Assembly: GCA_964507595.1 (NCBI GenBank) | Contig: CAZDPO010000001.1 | Span: 1-44,144, forward strand | Direction: 5' to 3' | Source: Candidatus Woesearchaeota archaeon | GTDB taxonomy: Archaea > Nanobdellota > Nanobdellia > Pacearchaeales > GW2011-AR1 | DNA: 44,144 bases | Part shown: positions 25,646 to 34,385 of the stretch, piece after piece | Layout of the letters: each line of letters begins with the position of its first letter | Numbering within the stretch: position 1 is the stretch's first letter | Made by a program: the position numbers and the translations under genes | The notes under the pieces: generated by a model | Database searches by the model: none | Seen by the model: the letters and a program-made list of their open reading frames with translations, nothing else | What the model was told of the DNA's origin: nothing

Positions 25646-28600
25646 ATGGAAGAAGAGGATGTTCCGCAAAGAGAAGAAGCTCTAAATCAACAATCATCTA
25701 AACAAGAAGAACTTTTAATAGAAGCAAAAGGATTTATTGATTATTATAAAAAAGAAATAGGAGAATCTCTAAAATCTGGAAACAATGTTGTTTTTATTGA
25801 TTTTATGGCATTATCTGAATTCTCAAACAATTTAGCAGATGAAATATTAGCAAATCCAGAAGAAGCACTTAGATTAGTTGAATTAGCAATTGAAGAAAGT
25901 GGAAGAGGAGCAAATATAAGAGTTAGATTAAGAGACATGTCTGATAGTCAAGATGTAAAAATAAGAAACATAAGATCAAAACATTTAAACGAACTTATTG
26001 TTGTTGAAGGAATTATCAGGCAAGCTTCAGATGTAAGACCTCAAGTTGTAAATGCTAAATTTGAATGTCCTTCATGTGGAACAATTATATCTGTTCTTCA
26101 AATTGAAAAAAAATTCAGAGAACCCACAAGATGTTCTTGCGGAAGAAGAGGAGGATTTAAACTAATATCAAAAGAAATGGTTGATACTCAAAGATTAATT
26201 GTTGAAGAAGCACCAGACAATTTAACTGGAGGAGAACAACCAAAAAGAATTAATGTTTTTGTAAAAGAAGACCTAGTTGAACCAAAAATGGAAGAAAAAA
26301 CAACACCAGGTGCAAGGGTAAAAGTTATTGGTATTTTAAAAGAAGTTCCTGTTCCATTATCTACAGGGGGATTATCAACAAGATTTGAATTAGCAGTTGA
26401 AGTAAATAATTTAATTCCTTTAGAAGAAACATTTGAAGAATTAAATATATCTGAAGAAGATGAAAGGCAAATTTTAGAATTATCTCAAGATCCAAAAGTA
26501 TTTGAAAAATTAACAGAAAGTATTGCTCCAAGTGTTTGGGGATATAATGAAATCAAAGAATCTTTAGTTCTACAATTATTTGGAGGTGTTCAAAAAAAGA
26601 GAACAGATGGACAAAAGACAAGAGGAGATATTCATATTATGCTTATTGGAGATCCAGGTGTGGCCAAAAGTGTAATGTTATTATTTATGGCAAATATATC
26701 TCCAAAAGGAAGATATGTTGTTGGAAAATCTGCCTCAGGTGCAGGATTAACAGCTTCTGTGGTTAGAGATGAATATCTTAAAGGGTGGAGTTTAGAGGCA
26801 GGAGCTTTGGTTCTTTCAAATAAAGGTTTAGTTGCAATAGATGAATTAGAAAAAATGGATCCAACAGAAAGAAGTGCAATGCACGAAGCAATGGAACAGC
26901 AATGCATGTTACCTAATTTTAAATTAATGCTATCTAATGGTAAAAGTGTAGAAATTGGGAAATTTATAGATAATTTAATGGAAGAAAATAAGGAAAAAAT
27001 ATATAATGGGAAAGATTGCCAAATTTTATCAACAAGCCATATAGAACTCTTATCAACAGATTTTAGTAATCATTTTCCAATAAAAGCATCAAGAATTAGC
27101 AGGCATATTGCTCCAAATCAATTCATAAAAATAGAATTAAGTAATGGAAAAGAAATAACTGTAACTCCCGAACATCCTTGTTGGATAACTAATCAAGGTA
27201 AAATTACCACAACTTCTGCTGAAAATTTAAAAAAAGGTATGTATTTTCCAATTCCTTCAAAAATTAATATAATTGAAAGAAAATATAAAAAAGAAAATAA
27301 AGAGTTATGTAAATTAATAGGATATCATATTAGTGATGGATGTTACGAATTAAATAGAGGGAAGAAAACTGGGATTCAGTTTTGGAACAATGATAAAACT
27401 CTAATTGAAGACTATAAAAATTGTATAGAGATATTATTTAAAAAAACACCAACAATTACTAAAAGAAAACATCAATTTGCAGTAAGAGTTATTTCAAAGA
27501 AAATCTTAGAAGAACTTAATAAAATTGATAAAAATCTATTGGAAAAAGGAGATAAAAAAGGAATTCCAGAAAAAATAATGCAACTTCCAAAAAAAAATAT
27601 AAAATATCTATTGAAGGCGTTGTATGATGGAGATGGTTCTGTAATATCTCAAAAAAGAGGAGGGTGCAGAATCTCCTTTGTATCTCAAAACAGAGAATTA
27701 GAAGAACAAATGTCTGATTTATTATTAAGATTTGGAATACAATCTTCAATATTCAAAGACAATCATTCAAATGTTTTTAGACTCGATATTTCAGGGCAAG
27801 AAAATTTAGGGAAATTTTTAATAAATATTAATTTTTTATCAAAACACAAAAAAGAAAAATTGCAAGCATATTGTGAAAAAGATAAAACATATAAAACAAT
27901 AAAAGATATTATCCCAGGTTGTACAGATAAAATAAGTGAAATCTTTAAGAAATTAAATATCTCTATGAATAAAACCCTTGGTCATTCTATAGATTTGAAT
28001 GTTGAAAAACAAAGAATTTTTCTCCAAAAATTAGTTTTAATTGCAGAAAAAAAATTAAAACAAAAACCAGATTATAATTTGAAAAAATATTCAGAAATAG
28101 AAAAAGAACTTTTAAGAATTAAAAAATTAGCATTTGGTTATGCAAGATGGATGAAAATAAAAAAGGTAACTAAAATCAAAAACAAAGATATAAAATGGGT
28201 TTATGATGTTACCATAGAACCTTACCATACATTTATCTCAAATGGAATGATCTTGCATAATACAGTGACCATTTCAAAAGCAAATATTCAGGCTAGTTTA
28301 AAGGCCCAAACATCTATCCTTGCAGCTGCAAACCCCAAATTTGGGAGATTTGATCCAACACAAGGTATACCTCAACAAATAGATTTGCCTCCAACATTGA
28401 TAAATAGATTTGATGTTATATTTGCTCTAAGAGATTTGCCAAATAAAATAAACGATGAAAAAGTTGCAACACACATTTTAACAGAACATCAAAAAGCAGC
28501 AAAAGAGATGCTCATTGATAAAGATTTATTTAGAAAATATATTGCATATTCAAAACAAAGATTTAATCCAAAATTAACAAATGAAGCTGTTGAAAAAATA

Positions 28601-29059
28601 AAACAATTTTATGTTAATCTAAGAAACAAACCTATGCAAGATAGAAGTGAAATGAGATCAATCCCAATTTCTGCAAGGCAACTAGGTTCTCTAATAAGAA
28701 TGGCTGAGGCTTCTGCTAAATTAAGATTAAGTGAAAAAGTAGAAGGAAAAGATGCAGAAATAGCAATACGAATAATAAAATATTATCTAGAACATACTGG
28801 TTATGATGAAGAAACAGGTCAAATAGATATGGATAAAATAACTGGGAGAATGAAATCTTCTCAAAGAAATAAAATTTTCAAAGTAAGAGATATTATATTT
28901 GAATTAAGAGAAACATTAGGAGAACAGATTCCTATTGAAGAAATTGAAAAAAAGCTAGAAGGCGAGATGAATTCAGGTGAAATAGACGATGCAATTGATA
29001 AATTAGCTAAAGAAGGTGCAATATTCAAACCCAGAAGAGGATATGTGCAGAAAGTGTAA
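25646..29059 (+). CDS. mcm: MCM replicative helicase interrupted by an intein (1137 aa precursor, about 684 aa spliced)
   Basis: N-terminal OB/zinc motif (CPSCG...CSCG), Walker A (IHIMLIGDPGVAKS), Walker B (VAIDELEKM), EAMEQQ|intein|TVTISKANI, arginine finger region (LINRFDVIF) and a C-terminal wH. Confidence 0.93.
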   Translation: MEEEDVPQREEALNQQSSKQEELLIEAKGFIDYYKKEIGESLKSGNNVVFIDFMALSEFSNNLADEILANPEEALRLVELAIEESGRGANIRVRLRDMSDSQDVKIRNIRSKHLNELIVVEGIIRQASDVRPQVVNAKFECPSCGTIISVLQIEKKFREPTRCSCGRRGGFKLISKEMVDTQRLIVEEAPDNLTGGEQPKRINVFVKEDLVEPKMEEKTTPGARVKVIGILKEVPVPLSTGGLSTRFELAVEVNNLIPLEETFEELNISEEDERQILELSQDPKVFEKLTESIAPSVWGYNEIKESLVLQLFGGVQKKRTDGQKTRGDIHIMLIGDPGVAKSVMLLFMANISPKGRYVVGKSASGAGLTASVVRDEYLKGWSLEAGALVLSNKGLVAIDELEKMDPTERSAMHEAMEQQCMLPNFKLMLSNGKSVEIGKFIDNLMEENKEKIYNGKDCQILSTSHIELLSTDFSNHFPIKASRISRHIAPNQFIKIELSNGKEITVTPEHPCWITNQGKITTTSAENLKKGMYFPIPSKINIIERKYKKENKELCKLIGYHISDGCYELNRGKKTGIQFWNNDKTLIEDYKNCIEILFKKTPTITKRKHQFAVRVISKKILEELNKIDKNLLEKGDKKGIPEKIMQLPKKNIKYLLKALYDGDGSVISQKRGGCRISFVSQNRELEEQMSDLLLRFGIQSSIFKDNHSNVFRLDISGQENLGKFLININFLSKHKKEKLQAYCEKDKTYKTIKDIIPGCTDKISEIFKKLNISMNKTLGHSIDLNVEKQRIFLQKLVLIAEKKLKQKPDYNLKKYSEIEKELLRIKKLAFGYARWMKIKKVTKIKNKDIKWVYDVTIEPYHTFISNGMILHNTVTISKANIQASLKAQTSILAAANPKFGRFDPTQGIPQQIDLPPTLINRFDVIFALRDLPNKINDEKVATHILTEHQKAAKEMLIDKDLFRKYIAYSKQRFNPKLTNEAVEKIKQFYVNLRNKPMQDRSEMRSIPISARQLGSLIRMAEASAKLRLSEKVEGKDAEIAIRIIKYYLEHTGYDEETGQIDMDKITGRMKSSQRNKIFKVRDIIFELRETLGEQIPIEEIEKKLEGEMNSGEIDDAIDKLAKEGAIFKPRRGYVQKV
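26903..28261 (+). mobile_element. intein with LAGLIDADG homing-endonuclease domain inside MCM (453 aa)
   Basis: It starts with Cys (EQQ/CMLPNF) and ends with LHN followed by Thr (ILHN/TVTISK). Block B is TVTPEHP. LAGLIDADG motifs are LIGYHISDGCY and LLKALYDGDGSV. Confidence 0.88.
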
Positions 29060-29089
29060 TAAAATAAAAAATAAAATAAAAAATTGATC

Positions 29090-29587
29090 TTAAAAGATCA
29101 TCTCCAGATAAGCCTTTTTCTTTCTTATCTCTAAAGTTTCGCTTTTTCCAGATGTTTTCCTTTCTTTTTTTAATTTATCCTCTCTTAAACCAGTGGATTT
29201 CAAACGAGGATGTTTTTCAAGTAAATCATAATAAGGAATACTTTCATCACAATAATCCAATCTATATTGATAATACCATTTAGTCCACCTAATTGCATCA
29301 TCAAGACTTTCTTTGATAAGTTCAGGTGAGAGGGTTGAAAAGAGACCCCCTCCAGAGTATTCTATATGATCCCCATAATCTGTTGGTTTAACAAACTTAT
29401 CAATCCTATCTAAAAAAAATTCATAAACTTTTTTTTCATCTTTCTTGTAAATTATCCCAAACATTTCTTCCAACGTTTGACGACTATCCCAACTACATCC
29501 TCGTGAATCGAGTTTTGCTTTAAAAACACCCGCTAAAGGATATATCACAGAATACAACATTTCTTCATCATATTTTTCTTTTGTCAT
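29090..29587 (-). CDS. hypothetical protein (165 aa)
   Basis: GGAGAATATAAAATG follows directly after the stop of 29600..30016, so the two look operonic. No known domain recognised. Confidence 0.5.
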   Translation of the reverse strand: MTKEKYDEEMLYSVIYPLAGVFKAKLDSRGCSWDSRQTLEEMFGIIYKKDEKKVYEFFLDRIDKFVKPTDYGDHIEYSGGGLFSTLSPELIKESLDDAIRWTKWYYQYRLDYCDESIPYYDLLEKHPRLKSTGLREDKLKKERKTSGKSETLEIRKKKAYLEMIF

Positions 29588-29599
29588 TTTATATTCTCC

Positions 29600-30016
29600 C
29601 TATACTTCAACCACATGTTCTAAACCATCTTCAGTAAGATATTTGACTTTTCTCTCATCTGAAACACTTAAGATTTTTGAAATCTCTTTTCTTTTATCAG
29701 AAAAACTGAAACTAGGATAAATTGCATCGGCCATGTCATATTTGTCCATAAGAGTTTTAGAAATTTCTTTTCCAGAACCAACATCCAAAATACCTATGCC
29801 ATGATAATAGTCACTTACTCCTGGGCGAAGAGTAAAATACTTTCTATGAATCCTATAAGCCATAATTTTTCCACTAAGAGAGGTTCTAAATTCATCAGCA
29901 CGCCAAATATCACAATGCATATCACTTCCCCCACACAAAGCACGATACTTTTTAGCTATGGCTTCTTTCGCCATTTCAATCTTTTCTTCTTCTGTTTCTT
30001 TTCTTTCTTTTTTCAT
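29600..30016 (-). CDS. hypothetical protein (138 aa), Lys/Glu-rich N-terminus
   Basis: The track start at 30031 is TTG. The ATG at 30016 is preceded by GGAGAAAAACAAAATG. No known domain recognised. Confidence 0.5.
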   Translation of the reverse strand: MKKERKETEEEKIEMAKEAIAKKYRALCGGSDMHCDIWRADEFRTSLSGKIMAYRIHRKYFTLRPGVSDYYHGIGILDVGSGKEISKTLMDKYDMADAIYPSFSFSDKRKEISKILSVSDERKVKYLTEDGLEHVVEV

Positions 30017-30044
30017 TTTGTTTTTCTCCAATATTTAATTAAAA

Positions 30045-30061
30045 CTAGAACTAAGCTCTAG
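30045..30061. promoter_or_regulatory. short inverted repeat CTAGA-N7-TCTAG between 30067..30318 and 29600..30016
   Basis: Read directly. On the minus strand it is followed by TTTTAATTAAATA. It shares the core CTAAGCT with the palindrome at 30347..30365. Confidence 0.35.
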
Positions 30062-30066
30062 ATCAC

Positions 30067-30318
30067 CTAATATAAACCTCCTAATTTTCCTTTTCTAAAA
30101 CAAGAATAAAGAATTCCAGAATCATATCCTGTTGCTCTCCTCATCCATGGTACAACCATTCTCTTAACATCTGTTGAAGTAGCCACTGGACATGGGACCA
30201 TCCCATCATAAATTAAAAGATACTTATGTTTAGAACCTTCTTTAACTAAAAGTCCTAGTTGCCTTGCTACCTTTACTACTTTCTCTAAACTTATTCCGTC
30301 TCGTGTTTTTTTTGTCAT
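30067..30318 (-). CDS. HicA-like (YcfA family) small protein, putative mRNA-interferase fold
   Basis: LEKVVKVARQLGLLVKEGSKHKYLL...VPCPVATSTDVKRMVVPWMRRATG parallels the HicA pattern (xxLxxxGfxxxxxxGSxH....vP.h...l....l..il...G). GGAGAAAAAAATAAAATG lies upstream. Confidence 0.45.
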   Translation of the reverse strand: MTKKTRDGISLEKVVKVARQLGLLVKEGSKHKYLLIYDGMVPCPVATSTDVKRMVVPWMRRATGYDSGILYSCFRKGKLGGLY

Positions 30319-30346
30319 TTTATTTTTTTCTCCAATTTATTTATTA

Positions 30347-30365
30347 ATCAAAGCTAAGCTTTGAT
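30347..30365. promoter_or_regulatory. perfect inverted repeat ATCAAAGCT-A-AGCTTTGAT upstream of the HicA-like gene
   Basis: Arms of 9 bp, read directly. It is followed on the minus strand by an AT-rich stretch, GGAGAAAAA and ATG. Confidence 0.5.
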
Positions 30366-30395
30366 ATAACTTGATAATAATAACACTATAAAAAG

Positions 30396-30418
30396 ATATT
30401 CCATAAAAAATGGAATAT
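30396..30418. promoter_or_regulatory. inverted repeat ATATTCCAT-N5-ATGGAATAT, candidate Lrp/AsnC operator (distal site)
   Basis: Read directly. It shares the TGGAATA half-site with 30449..30467. Confidence 0.5.
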
Positions 30419-30448
30419 ATTACAATATATGCCGAAAAGTATATAAAT

Positions 30449-30467
30449 AATGGAATATTATTCCATT
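30449..30467. promoter_or_regulatory. inverted repeat AATGGAATA-T-TATTCCATT between the TATA box (GTATATAAATAA) and the ATG of the Lrp/AsnC gene
   Basis: Arms of 9 bp, read directly. It ends 1 nt before the start codon at 30469, a position typical of autorepression. Confidence 0.55.
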
Positions 30468-30468
30468 T

Positions 30469-30912
30469 ATGGATTTGGATAAAAAAGATTTAAAAATAAT
30501 AGAAATACTTAAGGAAAACAGCAAACAAACAACTAGTCAAATTTCTAAAAAATTTAATATCCCAATAACAACTGTTCACAATAGAATTAAAAAATTAGAA
30601 AAATTGGGCATAATAAAAAATTATACAGTTATTTTAGACTATAAAAAACTAAACAAAGGAATATTAAGTTATATTTTAGCCTCTGTAATGTACACCTTAC
30701 CAAATGGAATAAAAATTTCCCAAGAAGAAGTTGCAAAAGAGGTCAAAAAAATAGGAGCAGAAGAAGTTTCAATTGTAACTGGGGGAACAGATTTAATTAT
30801 TAAAGTTAGGGTAAAAGATGTTGAAGAATTAAATGAATTTGTTATAAATAAACTAAGGGCAATTGACGGTGTAGATAAAACCCAAACATTGATTGTTTTA
30901 AATAATTTTTAA
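30469..30912 (+). CDS. lrp: Lrp/AsnC-family transcriptional regulator
   Basis: LDKKDLKIIEILKENSKQTTSQISKKFNIPITTVHNRIKKLEKLGIIKNYT plus a C-terminal RAM-like domain. Confidence 0.85.
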   Translation: MDLDKKDLKIIEILKENSKQTTSQISKKFNIPITTVHNRIKKLEKLGIIKNYTVILDYKKLNKGILSYILASVMYTLPNGIKISQEEVAKEVKKIGAEEVSIVTGGTDLIIKVRVKDVEELNEFVINKLRAIDGVDKTQTLIVLNNF

Positions 30913-30970
30913 TAAAAACCACTCAAAAATATTCATAAATCTTTAAAAAAGACCATTTCTTATTCAAACC

Positions 30971-31597
30971 ATGACAGATCAACAATATAAAAGAAATGTA
31001 GCATATAAACTAAGAATAGGTGAGCTTTTATTAGGAAAACCTATGTTTGATCAAGAAAAATTCATATTTTTATCTTTAGGAAATAAAAAAATAGTTAGAG
31101 TTAATTTAATTGGAAATATTATTGAAAAATTTGAAAGTGAAGGTGAAAAAAAATATTTATTTTTTAATTTAGATGATGGTTCTGGGCAAATAAGATTAAA
31201 AATATTTGGGGATGATGTTGATAAATTTAAAGATCTTGTTCAAGGACAGACAGTTGGGGTTATTGGAGTTCTCAGAAGTTGGAATAATGAAAACTATGTT
31301 CAACCTGAAATAATAAGAGAACAAGATCCAAAGTATCTTTTAATAAGAAAATTAGAAGCTGAAAAAGAAAGATCCAAAATAACTCCTCTGACAGAAAAAA
31401 AACAAGTTTTAGCTTTAAAAGATAAAATTTTAGATGAAATAAAAAAATCAGAAGAACAAGGTGGAATTGACACAAATAATATCATCATGAATTCAAGAGA
31501 AGCTTCTCCAGAAATAATTAATCAAGAAATTCAAAAACTACTAGAAGAAGGTATTATCTTCGAACCAAAACCAGGTAGATTAAGATATTTAGGATAA
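30971..31597 (+). CDS. OB-fold nucleic-acid-binding protein with a C-terminal winged helix (RPA2/Stn1-like)
   Basis: OB-like core (VRVNLIGNIIEKF...LDDGSGQIRLKIFGDD...GQTVGVIGVLRSWNNENYVQPE) and a C-terminal wH-like IINQEIQKLLEEGIIFEPKPGRLRYL. Confidence 0.5.
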   Translation: MTDQQYKRNVAYKLRIGELLLGKPMFDQEKFIFLSLGNKKIVRVNLIGNIIEKFESEGEKKYLFFNLDDGSGQIRLKIFGDDVDKFKDLVQGQTVGVIGVLRSWNNENYVQPEIIREQDPKYLLIRKLEAEKERSKITPLTEKKQVLALKDKILDEIKKSEEQGGIDTNNIIMNSREASPEIINQEIQKLLEEGIIFEPKPGRLRYLG

Positions 31598-31912
31598 ATC
31601 TAAGGGTTTAGAATAATCTGTCTCAAGCAAAACAGGTATGCTAAATTTTTTCTCATAAGCTTGTGCAAATTTATAGGTTTGTTCATAGAAAGCCATTTCT
31701 TTTAAAAACATTGTATCTCTTTTTGAAGAAAAATGTATATATAAAAAAGGATCAGAACTCAAAGGCGCAATAACCCCCACGCCAACACTAAGAATAATGA
31801 ACTTTGGATCTTCAAAAAATTTACTTGACAAATCTCTTATTCTCCCAACTTTCAATTTTTTATTCTCTTCCTTCCGAGTAATATTTTCAATTTCTACCAT
31901 TAGGAGTATCAT
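31589..31912 (-). CDS. hypothetical protein (107 aa)
   Basis: ORF only. Confidence 0.3.
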   Translation of the reverse strand: MILLMVEIENITRKEENKKLKVGRIRDLSSKFFEDPKFIILSVGVGVIAPLSSDPFLYIHFSSKRDTMFLKEMAFYEQTYKFAQAYEKKFSIPVLLETDYSKPLDLS

Positions 31913-32017
31913 TAATTCTATATTTATAAAAATTTATATACTCTAATTTCACCCCTAATCTAAAATCATAGTTTAGAGAACAATAATCTTTATATAAACA
32001 TTTTTTGTAAAAAAGAT

Positions 32018-32494
32018 ATGGTTGCAATAATTACTCAAGATAAAGAAGGTATACACAGCATTTCAAGATTAGATGATTTAGGAAAAGAAAATTTAGTGAG
32101 AATTTATTCTAATAAAGAAATAAATACAAACCTTGCAAAAGCTATGCTTTTAGTTGATTTTTACAAAAATAAAGGAAATGCCCCGCAACCAAATGAAATA
32201 GAAAATATGACACAAAAATGTGATAACTATCTTAGGGAAACAAAAGCGATAAGATATTATAATCCTTTTGACAAGGCTTTCTGGAAACATACTCCAATTA
32301 AAGCATTTTTCTATGGAATATCCGGCATAGCATCTATATATGATTGGAAAATGGGTGTTGCAACTGCTGGTTTTGCATCAATTGCAATAGAAACTAACAG
32401 AAGAAAAGAAAGATTAAACATAAAAAAAGAAAAAGAACTTTTAAACAATTTAAAAAATCTTGGAATAGAATATTATCGTCTTACAGAACAATAA
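32018..32494 (+). CDS. hypothetical protein (158 aa), one or two hydrophobic segments
   Basis: ORF with TATA TTTATATAAA about 25 nt upstream. Confidence 0.35.
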   Translation: MVAIITQDKEGIHSISRLDDLGKENLVRIYSNKEINTNLAKAMLLVDFYKNKGNAPQPNEIENMTQKCDNYLRETKAIRYYNPFDKAFWKHTPIKAFFYGISGIASIYDWKMGVATAGFASIAIETNRRKERLNIKKEKELLNNLKNLGIEYYRLTEQ

Positions 32495-32524
32495 TCTTAA
32501 AAACTACCTACAATTCTTGTTTTT

Positions 32525-32935
32525 ATGGAAAACTACGAAGAACTATTAAACAAAGCCTATTCTGAAGTTAAACAAGTTATTGGAAAAGGTGAAAGATTTG
32601 AAATGCCACACATAGAAGGACATTTTGAAGGTAAAAAAACAATCTTAACGAATTTCTCCCATATTTCTTTACAAATCAGAAGAGATGCAGAACATTTTCA
32701 AAAATTCCTATTAAAAGAATTAGCAACTTCTGGACAAAAAGAAGGAGATAGATTAGTTTTAAACAACAGAATACCAAGTAAAAAAATAAATCAAAAAATT
32801 GAACAATATGTAAATGAATTTGTTTTATGCAAAGAATGTAAAAAACCAGATACAGAAATAATTAAAGAAGGTAGATTAAATTTCTTACATTGCCTTGCCT
32901 GTGGAGCAAAACACCCAATTAGAGGAAAAATCTAA
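32525..32935 (+). CDS. eif2b: translation initiation factor aIF2 subunit beta
   Basis: YEELLNKAYSEV, RFEMPHIEGHFEGKKTILTNF, and the zinc ribbon VLCKECKKPDTEII...LHCLACGA. Confidence 0.9.
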   Translation: MENYEELLNKAYSEVKQVIGKGERFEMPHIEGHFEGKKTILTNFSHISLQIRRDAEHFQKFLLKELATSGQKEGDRLVLNNRIPSKKINQKIEQYVNEFVLCKECKKPDTEIIKEGRLNFLHCLACGAKHPIRGKI

Positions 32936-33009
32936 TACAACAACCTTTAAAAAAACAAATTTCCTATGAAACATATGGGGACAATTAAAATCAATAAGGA
33001 GGGAAAAAA

Positions 33010-33207
33010 ATGGTAAAAGGATATTGCGTTGTATGTAAAGAAAAAGGTGTTGACATGAAAGATCCAGTAATTGAAAAAACTTCAAAAGGTGGATTTATGG
33101 CAAAAGGAATCTGTTCTAGGTGTAATAAAACTAAGATGTGCGCCATGATGTCAAAAGACAATGCAGAAAAAGCAATTGCAACTGGTGAAGCTAAAAAAGG
33201 CTTCTAA
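33010..33207 (+). CDS. small zinc-ribbon protein (DUF5679-like)
   Basis: CVVCKEK...GICSRCNKTKMC, preceded by AAGGAGGGAAAAAAATG. Confidence 0.5.
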   Translation: MVKGYCVVCKEKGVDMKDPVIEKTSKGGFMAKGICSRCNKTKMCAMMSKDNAEKAIATGEAKKGF

Positions 33208-33261
33208 ATAAACAAATTTTTATTTTTATTTTTTAACTTATCTAAAAAAAAGGATCGTAAA

Positions 33262-33558
33262 ATGTTTGTAAATATAATAGATTCCTACAGATATGTGGTT
33301 GCAATATGCGACAAAGAACTAATTGGAAAAAAGTTTGAACAAGACAACTTGCAATTAGATATTAAAGAATCTTTTTACAAAGGTGAAGAAAAAACATCTG
33401 AAGAAACAAGGTCCATCATGAAATCCCTAAGAATAGAAGATGCTACTTTTAACATTGTAGGAAAAAGATCAATAGAATTAGCAATAGAAACAGGGATTAT
33501 TAACAAGGATGGTGTAAAAACAATTGCAGATATTCCGTTTTCGTTGGTTTTATTATAA
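33262..33558 (+). CDS. DUF424-like archaeal conserved protein
   Basis: YVVAICDKELIGKKFEQDNLQLDIKESFYKGEE...ATFNIVGKRSIELAIETGII resembles the DUF424 family. Recognised by eye. Confidence 0.5.
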   Translation: MFVNIIDSYRYVVAICDKELIGKKFEQDNLQLDIKESFYKGEEKTSEETRSIMKSLRIEDATFNIVGKRSIELAIETGIINKDGVKTIADIPFSLVLL

Positions 33559-33602
33559 TTGATTACAACAATTCATTTAAACTAAATTTTATTTTTAAAA
33601 GT

Positions 33603-34001
33603 ATGATAGCCTCTTATAATAAAGGGTGGTTTCTACAAATAAATATTTATAAGACAGATCTTCCACAACTACACTCTGAAAAAACTATTAAATGCATTTC
33701 TAATGGAATAAAAGAATGGTTAATAACTACAAAAATTTCACCAACCACTAAAAGAGAACATTTAGATTTAAAATATTCTAAAAATGAATCTGGATATGAA
33801 AAACTAGAAATAATCATAAATAAAACAACTTTTAAAGAACTATTAGTAGGAAACATAGAGCTTCTTGGGACAAGAGGACAAATGGAACATCTTCCTTTTG
33901 ATAGATTAGAAATACATTATCAAAATTTAAATGGAACTAATGCAAGTAAACATTTAGATAAATTAACTCAAACTCCTTCTTTAAGAAAATTATTTCTCTG
34001 A
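33603..34001 (+). CDS. hypothetical protein (132 aa)
   Basis: ORF only. Confidence 0.3.
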   Translation: MIASYNKGWFLQINIYKTDLPQLHSEKTIKCISNGIKEWLITTKISPTTKREHLDLKYSKNESGYEKLEIIINKTTFKELLVGNIELLGTRGQMEHLPFDRLEIHYQNLNGTNASKHLDKLTQTPSLRKLFL

Positions 34002-34038
34002 CCCCCAAACTTATAAACTCTAATTTTATTAAAATAAC

Positions 34039-34377
34039 ATGGATGAATTCGAAGATAAAACAATTAAAGAACCTAATGAAGAAGAAAGAATTGTGGTTAG
34101 AGCTCCTTTACCCAAAGGAGAAGAAAAAATAGGGATTATAGAAGAAAGATATGGAGGAAATAAAATGAAAGTATCTTGTGTAGATGGAAAAGATAGGGTA
34201 TGTAGAGTTCCAGGAAGATTAAAAAGAAAACTATGGTTAAGACCTGGAGACACTGTGATAGTAGAACCTTGGGAATTTGATAAATTAAAAGCAGATGTTA
34301 TTTTAAAATACAAACCTGCCCAAATAGAATGGTTAAAAAGAAATGGTCATCTAGATACAAATGTTAGTGAATTTTAA
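34039..34377 (+). CDS. eif1a: translation initiation factor aIF1A
   Basis: S1-like OB core: GIIEERYGGNKMKVSCVDGKDRVCRVPGRLKRKLWLRPGDTVIVEPWEF. Confidence 0.92.
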   Translation: MDEFEDKTIKEPNEEERIVVRAPLPKGEEKIGIIEERYGGNKMKVSCVDGKDRVCRVPGRLKRKLWLRPGDTVIVEPWEFDKLKADVILKYKPAQIEWLKRNGHLDTNVSEF

Positions 34378-34385
34378 AAATTAAA

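Noticed and set aside
29059-29100. A-rich tract (AAAATAAAAAATAAAATAAAAAA) and short palindrome TGATCT-TAAA-AGATCA between mcm and the convergent gene
   Set aside because: It is low-complexity intergenic sequence typical of convergent gene ends. The 6-bp arms overlap the stop codon of 29090..29587. It is probably just a termination region, not a repeat element.
34029-34313. 94-aa ORF antisense to aIF1A
   Set aside because: It is a shadow of a highly conserved gene and its translation is low-complexity and Ser/Leu/Pro-rich.
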